DNA from: Armatimonadota bacterium
GTDB lineage: Bacteria; Armatimonadota; UBA5829; DSUL01
Reading direction: 5' to 3'
Length of the DNA stretch: 64,000 bases
NCBI GenBank assembly: GCA_039811685.1
Contig: JBDHZC010000002.1
Span: forward strand, 256,001 to 320,000
The notes under the pieces were generated by a model, which saw only the letters and a list, made by a program, of their open reading frames with translations, made no database searches and was not told where the DNA came from. The position numbers and the translations under genes are program-made. Of this stretch, positions 57,422 to 64,000 are shown piece after piece. How positions within the stretch are numbered: the first letter of the stretch is position 1; each line of letters opens with the position of its first letter.

Positions 57422-60178
57422 TCAATCAAACTGCGTCCGTGTAATGACGAGGCTCTGCCCTCCACGCAACTCCACCCGCACATCTCCGGCTGCGTGCGAC
57501 ACCGGCCAGCGCACGGTTTTTGAGCCTCCGGCCGGAATGGTGGCCGCGCTTCCAGCCTCTGTATGATCCAGCAGCAAACGGAGGCTTTCAGAGCGCCTGG
57601 AGACGTTGCGCACCGTTGCAGAAAACGAACTGACCGGGCTGGGAAGTCTGCCAAAGAAGACTCCCCACGCTTCGGCCTTCGGGTCCGGAATTGGGCGCAG
57701 CCAGCCGTTACTTGTGAAGTGGTAGGTCCCGACGAGCGTGACACCGTCAATGCGGTGATCGCTTGCCAGACGCCCCTTGCTGGAGCCGTCGTGAGCGTAC
57801 GTCGGCGAGTAGGGCAGGAATCCTTGAAGGTTGGTTACTAGCGCACCTTCGCGAAAAGCGCTCAAGCCCCACTGAATGGGCTGCGACAAATCCAGCGACC
57901 CAGGGTCTGCATCGCCTAGCGCATACTCAATAAGATTGGCAAGCAGTTGTGAAGCTGCAGGGTCGAATCCGGCGCGATCTGCGCAGGCGAACTGGCTCAA
58001 CAGCACACTGCCACGCCCCTCATATATCTCCATCAGCGCCGCGCTCGTGAGCATCTGATCAGTCGCCGCCCAGACGCGCGTTGATCGCAAATCTTCCAGC
58101 TTCGTCAGCCGAAGGATTGAGCGGACAGGAAAGACATCCGGCACTTTGTTTTCGGAAACACCGGTCTGGTTCCAGAGGCGCAAATCGTCGTTCGTGAGTG
58201 TTTTCCACAGCGCTGCGTTGTCACCCGTCTGCTGAATATATGTGAAGCCTTTGTTGGCGCTCATATCCACGCTGCACGGCAGCCACTTACTGGTCCATAT
58301 CTCGGGGGACTGGCGCAGACAGACAATGCGGCCCCCACGCCTGAGAAACTCAACGACCTGTCCGGAGTCCGGCACTGATGTCCCGAGCGCATCCTCTCCA
58401 AGAACAAGCACGCCGGTCTCCGGCAGCTTTGTCAGGGAAGACACCTCCCGCGCCGCGATGCCCAGCGAAGCCAGGGCTTTCTTTGTCTTGCCGGACGGAT
58501 CGTACAGGGACAGGGCGCGGGTTCGGGAGAGAGCTTGCGTGGGCTGTGGGCGTGAATAGACCCGCACGGTAAATTCGTTGCCGGAGATGCTTTTCCCGTC
58601 GCGCGACAGAACGCAGCTTACCCTGTACTCACCAGGGCGCAGATTTTCGGGAAGCGCAACAGAGGCATCAAGAATCCGGTTGGAATAGTACGGGACGGAC
58701 GGCGCAGACATTGTGACAGGCTCTGTGATTTCATTTCCGCCTGAATCCGTGACAAAAGTGGAGACGCTGGCCGCTTCCAGCGTGCGGCCGTCGTCATCGT
58801 CATTGACAATGTGCAGGCGCAGGCGCAGTGTCGCGCCCGGGGAGAGGTTACGCGTCCAGCACTCCGGACTGATCAAGACGGGCTGGAATGCCACACGCAG
58901 GGCGTCGAACGCCGGTTTCTGGATGATGTCCCGCGGGTCCGTCGCGTGGGAGAGGCCGAGAAAGTATGTGAACGGCATCGTACTGGCTACGCCTGGATCG
59001 CTGTCCGTACGAAAGCGCCGCGTAATCTCCACAACCTGCTTCACCAACTCTGCCTGATACTCCATCGCCGCTCTGCGCGGATCGGGCTGCGCGCCCACCC
59101 AGCCGATCATGGTGCTGAGCTGCTTGGACATGGTAAGGAAGTCCCCGGCGTCAGAGGTGTACGCGCCGACGCACTCAGAGATCGTGAAAGGCTCCTTGAG
59201 TCTGCGAGCGGATTGGATCCACGTGCCCAGATCGTACCAATCCACCATTGTGCGCGAATACCATCCGGCGTAACGGTGAATGTCGAACACACCACCCGAG
59301 GGAAGCCCTTCCCCAAAGCCTGCGTTCGCGATTATCGGACGAGTCGGATCGAGTCCCTGGACGTCCTTCTGAATTTTCTCAAGAAATGGCAGATAGAGGC
59401 TCTTCTGATACGTTCTGGGAGAAGCGACTTCGTTGGTGAGGACGTAGATGACGACGCTTGGATGGTTGGCCAGATCGGCAAAAATCCGCCGGTACGCCGG
59501 AATAGCGGACGTAAGCGGCGGAGGGATGTCTCCACCCGTGTGAATTTCTGAGCTGCTCTTGCGCCCACCCGGCGCGCCGCCGTAGTTGCCCTGAAACACC
59601 AGCATCCCCAGCTCGTCACATGCATTCAGCCAGTCTTCTCCATCAGTGCGGATAAGATTTACATTGTGACTTTTCAGCAGGCGGATATAGCCGTCAATGT
59701 AGTTGCGGTCGTGATTGACACTTGCGGGCTCACCGCGCCCTGGCGGATTAATCGGCATCCCTCTAAGGTACAGCGCGCGCCCGTTCAGAAAAAAACTGCC
59801 ACCCCGAGCTTCGAATTTGCGAAATCCGATGCGCGCAGATCCGAGCGTATCAGAACCTCTGAAGATCGAGACCGTGTAAAGCTCCGGAGCGCTCGGCCAC
59901 CAGAGCTTCGGTTTGAGATTGGTAAGTGTCAGCATGCGGTGACCCTGGGCATCAGAGCGCATGTCGGCGACTGAAAATGTGCCACTGGTCAGCCGAGCGC
60001 CATCTGGCCAATGCGCGATAGTGTAGCGCAGAGGCTCGCCAGAGGCAGGCATCGCAGGGGCATTCAATAACTTCAGTGTCAGAGTATCTGTGGAAGGAAG
60101 CGCCAGAAACGCTGGGGACGCAGAAGTGTAAGCGGCGCTCAACGCCAGTATCAAAGCACTCAGAAAACGCACTATCAT
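57422..60178 (-). CDS. Secreted GH2-like glycoside hydrolase
   Basis: PKLWWP..PELY, IGFRKFE, NVNLIRT, CDELGMLV, NHPSVVIY...NE, ISECVG. Confidence 0.8.
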   Translation of the reverse strand: MIVRFLSALILALSAAYTSASPAFLALPSTDTLTLKLLNAPAMPASGEPLRYTIAHWPDGARLTSGTFSVADMRSDAQGHRMLTLTNLKPKLWWPSAPELYTVSIFRGSDTLGSARIGFRKFEARGGSFFLNGRALYLRGMPINPPGRGEPASVNHDRNYIDGYIRLLKSHNVNLIRTDGEDWLNACDELGMLVFQGNYGGAPGGRKSSSEIHTGGDIPPPLTSAIPAYRRIFADLANHPSVVIYVLTNEVASPRTYQKSLYLPFLEKIQKDVQGLDPTRPIIANAGFGEGLPSGGVFDIHRYAGWYSRTMVDWYDLGTWIQSARRLKEPFTISECVGAYTSDAGDFLTMSKQLSTMIGWVGAQPDPRRAAMEYQAELVKQVVEITRRFRTDSDPGVASTMPFTYFLGLSHATDPRDIIQKPAFDALRVAFQPVLISPECWTRNLSPGATLRLRLHIVNDDDDGRTLEAASVSTFVTDSGGNEITEPVTMSAPSVPYYSNRILDASVALPENLRPGEYRVSCVLSRDGKSISGNEFTVRVYSRPQPTQALSRTRALSLYDPSGKTKKALASLGIAAREVSSLTKLPETGVLVLGEDALGTSVPDSGQVVEFLRRGGRIVCLRQSPEIWTSKWLPCSVDMSANKGFTYIQQTGDNAALWKTLTNDDLRLWNQTGVSENKVPDVFPVRSILRLTKLEDLRSTRVWAATDQMLTSAALMEIYEGRGSVLLSQFACADRAGFDPAASQLLANLIEYALGDADPGSLDLSQPIQWGLSAFREGALVTNLQGFLPYSPTYAHDGSSKGRLASDHRIDGVTLVGTYHFTSNGWLRPIPDPKAEAWGVFFGRLPSPVSSFSATVRNVSRRSESLRLLLDHTEAGSAATIPAGGSKTVRWPVSHAAGDVRVELRGGQSLVITRTQFD

Positions 60179-61476
60179 TGCGCCACCTCTTCAGATGAGC
60201 TCTTGCCCCGGACGGCCAGCCACGTAATCAGCGCGCCGGTCGGATGCAGAAGACCCACTATTGTGAACACCGGAAAATAGCCGAACTTGTCAATCACGCC
60301 GCCTACGTAGGCCTCACTGAGGACCCCGCCAAACACCCCCGCCATGCCGGTGAGCCCATACGCTGATGCGACGATCCTCTTCGGAAAGATGTCTGTCGGG
60401 AATGTCAGCAGGCTTGCCGACCAGCTCTGGTGCGCGAAGGCAGCGACACTCAGGCACAGAAGCGCAATCCGCCAGTCCTTCGTATGGACGACGACGATCG
60501 CCACCGGCATCAAAGCAGCCGACAGAGCCATGCCGAGCTTGCGGGCGCGCACGACATTGCCCGTAGTCCTCACAAAGAACGACGACACCGCGCCGCCAAA
60601 AAGACTCCCGAAGTCTGACATGACGAACGGAATCCAGGTGAAAATCGCAATTTTCTTGACGTCGAAATCGTAAACGTCTTTGAAGTACTTGGGAATCCAG
60701 AAGGAGAAAAACAGCCAGGCCGGATCGGCCAGAAACCGCGCGAACATCAACACCCAGAGGTCTCGCCGGACGATCGCCTCTTTCCAGGAACCTTCCGCAA
60801 TCGGTGCGCCAACAACTTCCTTCACCGCGGCAGGTTGCCCCTCGCGGATATAGGCGAGCTCTTCAGGGGTTATTCTGGGATGACGCTCAGGAGTATAGGA
60901 CAGAGCCAACCACGGAATAAGCCACAGGAACCCGATCAGTCCCGTGAAAATGAACGCCTCACGCCAGCCGGCGTGGTAGATAATGAGGCCGACCACCGGC
61001 ATCGCCAGAGCGCCACCAATACCGGCCCCCATGTTGAAAATACCGGTGGCAAGCGCGCGTTCTTTCGCCGGAAACCACTCGCCAACGGTCTTGACAGCGC
61101 CGGGGAAGTTGGCCGCCTCTCCCAGCCCCAGTGTAAATCGGAATACTTTCAGACTGAGGGCTCCTCGAGACAGAGCATGAAGCATGCTGGCAACCGACCA
61201 CCAGATAAACGCAAAGGTAAGGCCCTTGCGAGAGCCTAAGCGGTCAATAATGCGGCCCATAATCGGGTGCATAATGCCGTAGGCAATGAGGAAGAACGTG
61301 ACAATGTGACCGTAGTCCGCGTTCGTGAGATGGAACTCGTCCTCAATGACAGTCTGCGCCACTGCCAGCGCGTTGCGATCCAGATAGTTGATGATGGTCA
61401 TCAAGGTCAACAGCGCCACGATGATCCATCTCAAATGCGGGATTTTCTTCAAACGACCACTCCTTGCTGCCTGCAC
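60175..61476 (-). CDS. MFS transporter, ACS family (ExuT-like sugar-acid transporter)
   Basis: RWIIVALL....INYLDR, GEAANFPGA.K.V.EWFP.KERA.ATG.FN.G, AHQSWSA; stop overlaps the GH2 start (ATGA). Confidence 0.9.
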   Translation of the reverse strand: MQAARSGRLKKIPHLRWIIVALLTLMTIINYLDRNALAVAQTVIEDEFHLTNADYGHIVTFFLIAYGIMHPIMGRIIDRLGSRKGLTFAFIWWSVASMLHALSRGALSLKVFRFTLGLGEAANFPGAVKTVGEWFPAKERALATGIFNMGAGIGGALAMPVVGLIIYHAGWREAFIFTGLIGFLWLIPWLALSYTPERHPRITPEELAYIREGQPAAVKEVVGAPIAEGSWKEAIVRRDLWVLMFARFLADPAWLFFSFWIPKYFKDVYDFDVKKIAIFTWIPFVMSDFGSLFGGAVSSFFVRTTGNVVRARKLGMALSAALMPVAIVVVHTKDWRIALLCLSVAAFAHQSWSASLLTFPTDIFPKRIVASAYGLTGMAGVFGGVLSEAYVGGVIDKFGYFPVFTIVGLLHPTGALITWLAVRGKSSSEEVAQ

Positions 61477-61503
61477 CAGGCCGCGATTGCCCCAGCGCCT
61501 AAG

Positions 61504-64000
61504 CTACGGCGGATTCACTTCGGTGACCATAGCGCGGTTGCCAAGCGCAGCGCCCTTTTCCAGACCTGTTAGCGCGATGGCGGCACTTCTGGTGTTTTTC
61601 CAGTAGCGCAGAACAAAGTCAACGGCCGCCGCCTCCACATCTTCCGCATTCTCACCCGTAACCTCAAGCACAACCGGCTGTCCCGGCCGAAGGCGCATAA
61701 CACCCTCGGCCTCGCCTTTCAGATCGTCTTTCAGATTCTTTCGGGTGGACTTGTTGGTCCGGGAGGCGACCTGGATTATCAGGCCGGCCGTCCTGAAACG
61801 GTCTGGCGTCTGGTCCGACTGGCACAGATACACACTTTGCCCTGTCGCTGTCTGCAGCGTGTTGCGAATCAGATAAGCCATCTCCAGCTCCAGTACCGGC
61901 GCATCCGGCGCAAACGTCACACACGTGGGCTTGACCCAGTTGATCTGGCTGACAATCTCGGCGCCGCCCTCGTACCTGACAAGGTCTGGAAGCACCGATT
62001 CCTTTTCAAAGCGCGGAGCGCCAGGGTTGGAAGCAATCAGCCAACCATACGCAGACTTGCCCGCGTAGTCTATCCGGACGAAAGCATGATAGGCGCCAGG
62101 CAGATTTTCAGAGAGCGTAAGCCTGACTGGCAGACGGATGCTTTGTCCCGGCTTCACAGACAGCACAGGCTTTCGCGTAAACACCATCTGAAGACCGTCA
62201 AAAGCCTCGGCTGTCAGGCCGATTTGCAGCGTGCGGGCGGTGAGGTTCTTCACGGTGAACTCCGCCGCTGCGGAACCTTTCTGCAACGTCACCTGCGGCA
62301 TGCTGATATCAAGCTCTTTGATCGGGGAATCCGCAGGGGCGTACTTTCTGATGAGTTTCAAGAACTCATAGGTTTCTGGCTTCGGGCAGCGGTCGAGATT
62401 GACGATTTCGTAGTGGCGCACGCCCTGACGGGACACGCGCGGATTTACAGACAGCGTCTCCTGAAAGTGAAACTCGAGAAACTCCGGGATGGCGCGTGGC
62501 TGAAGCATCTCGCCGTAGATGAGCGCAAACCTGCGCGCGCGCTCCTCCGGACTCAGGCGCGTCAACTCTTTCCAGTTGAACTCACCAAGCGTAACCGCTC
62601 TGTCCATCTGTGACGCGTGAGCGCCGACGCCCAACGCCAGAGAGCGGAAAGCCTGCTCATCCCCCGGACCGTGCTTGTACATGTGCAGCCCGACCCGATC
62701 GAAAGGCACTCCAAAGCGCTGAAGAGATTCCCAGACCGCCTGATTTGCCGTACCCGTCAGAAACACTTGAGTCTCCGGCGCCACCTGTTTGACGGCCTTA
62801 TACAGAGAGGTCCAGCGCTCCGGCGCGCCAGGCTGGATGCCTGGAATCAGAACCTCATTCTCCAGCTCTACTCGCTTGACTACGTCTTTGTAGCGTCCAA
62901 CAAGCGTCTGAAGCCAGCTTTGGGAGCCTGCCGTATCAATTAGAGCTCTGAGACCCAGACTCTTGCACTCGGATGTGTAGAAGTCGAGGAATGCCAGCGC
63001 GTTGGCGCGATCCATCTGCCCGAGAAGCTCCAGATGGTGCAGCCGCACCCACTGCATTCCCATCGCCTTGATGATTCGCAGGTCCGTGCGCATCTGTGGT
63101 TTGTAATCCCGCCAGCGCTCCCATTGCGCCGGGGAGAAGGGCCACCAGGTCTCCCGATCCAGCCCCTTTACGCGGTAGTAGTCAAAGTTTTCGGTGAACG
63201 TCGAATACGGAAAGTAGCTCGTGCCGAACTCCACACCGCGCACGCCGAGATCGACCGTGCAACCCATACTGTCCTGAGTCAGCGTCCTGACACCGGCGTA
63301 TCCGAGAAGCTGCGCATCCTGCCAGTTGCCAGACGCTTTCACAGGACGCGCCAGTCGCCACCGCAGAGTCAATGGTTGATCCGGGCGCGGCTGAGTGTAT
63401 TCACTGACGCGGATGAAGCTGGAGGTCGCCTGCTCCGGGTTGGGCCCAGCGATCTCGGAGACAAAGTACAGATCCTCACCGTGCCGGATGACTTTGTCCC
63501 AGACGTAGAAGTGGTTGGCGACAATCCAGTTGCCCTTTTCTGCCTGAGCCATGAACCCCGGAGTCACGCCGTTGATCATGGCGAAGCTCTCTGTGCCCTG
63601 CCGCCAGGAGCACCAGTCTACTCCTCTAACGTACCAGAACTCACGATCCCACTCAGGCGCCTTCAGGCTGTCAAAGTAGCTGCCGTTGTAGCGTGTCTTG
63701 AAAGCTTCAGGAGCCCTCAGGCGCACTCTGCGCACGAAGGCTACGTACGCGGGCTCCGCGGACTCTCTCGTATTTCTAATGCGCGCCGTATACTCAACTG
63801 CTGTCGCGAATGCATTGGCCGTCAAATTAATGCTGTAGCCGGAGACGGAGGCTTTCATCTCAGCCGATGCGCCTGATGCCGCGGGTTGGACTTCGATTGG
63901 GTGGTAGGCAGCAACGACGTCCGCGGTGTCCGCGGAGGTTCCCGGAAGAACAACAAACCCATAATCAACGCGAAGCCGCCCGGAGCCGAAGGGATCGCTG
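61504..64000 (-). CDS. Large hypothetical protein with a clan GH-A-like TIM barrel, 5' end beyond the window
   Basis: Frame is open from 64000 through the ORF-track start at 63858; DL..IKAMGMQWVRLH, ELENE, GLHMY, LGEF motifs. Confidence 0.65.
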   Translation of the reverse strand, partial: SDPFGSGRLRVDYGFVVLPGTSADTADVVAAYHPIEVQPAASGASAEMKASVSGYSINLTANAFATAVEYTARIRNTRESAEPAYVAFVRRVRLRAPEAFKTRYNGSYFDSLKAPEWDREFWYVRGVDWCSWRQGTESFAMINGVTPGFMAQAEKGNWIVANHFYVWDKVIRHGEDLYFVSEIAGPNPEQATSSFIRVSEYTQPRPDQPLTLRWRLARPVKASGNWQDAQLLGYAGVRTLTQDSMGCTVDLGVRGVEFGTSYFPYSTFTENFDYYRVKGLDRETWWPFSPAQWERWRDYKPQMRTDLRIIKAMGMQWVRLHHLELLGQMDRANALAFLDFYTSECKSLGLRALIDTAGSQSWLQTLVGRYKDVVKRVELENEVLIPGIQPGAPERWTSLYKAVKQVAPETQVFLTGTANQAVWESLQRFGVPFDRVGLHMYKHGPGDEQAFRSLALGVGAHASQMDRAVTLGEFNWKELTRLSPEERARRFALIYGEMLQPRAIPEFLEFHFQETLSVNPRVSRQGVRHYEIVNLDRCPKPETYEFLKLIRKYAPADSPIKELDISMPQVTLQKGSAAAEFTVKNLTARTLQIGLTAEAFDGLQMVFTRKPVLSVKPGQSIRLPVRLTLSENLPGAYHAFVRIDYAGKSAYGWLIASNPGAPRFEKESVLPDLVRYEGGAEIVSQINWVKPTCVTFAPDAPVLELEMAYLIRNTLQTATGQSVYLCQSDQTPDRFRTAGLIIQVASRTNKSTRKNLKDDLKGEAEGVMRLRPGQPVVLEVTGENAEDVEAAAVDFVLRYWKNTRSAAIALTGLEKGAALGNRAMVTEVNPP

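Overview
A 64 kb stretch of GC-rich bacterial chromosome with no phage, IS, CRISPR, rRNA or tRNA that I can recognise. By inference it comes from a diderm carbohydrate degrader, most likely Armatimonadota, based on the paired DUF6785/DUF6784-type membrane proteins and the secreted proteins ending in a shared '...GLxNVGxL...SAxDI' domain. Housekeeping genes include eno-pyk-ftsB-like, recO, rpoN, htrA, a PrsA/SurA-type foldase, ahpC with a YkuV-like partner, and acyP. There is a complete nitrogen cluster: actinobacterial-type glnR, amtB-glnK-glnD-glnB, then glnA. There are many glycoside hydrolase and sugar genes: GH42, GH78, GH2, GH14-like, GH125-like, an ExuT-like MFS and an orphan MsmX/UgpC ATPase. 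The most notable unexplained signals are: (1) a ~570 nt ORF-free, multi-domain structured RNA candidate between convergent genes at 36.45-37.03 kb; (2) a ~290 nt pseudoknot-capable leader or ncRNA between a near-consensus sigma70 promoter and rpoN; (3) a ~200 aa C-terminal domain shared by two otherwise unrelated secreted proteins, with a PorV/FadL-like barrel elsewhere in the window; (4) a switch-like glnA leader and GlnR-box-like repeats upstream of amtB; (5) a probable GH125 pseudoenzyme. All family calls are motif recognition by eye and all RNA helices were paired by hand. No searches or folding programs were run.
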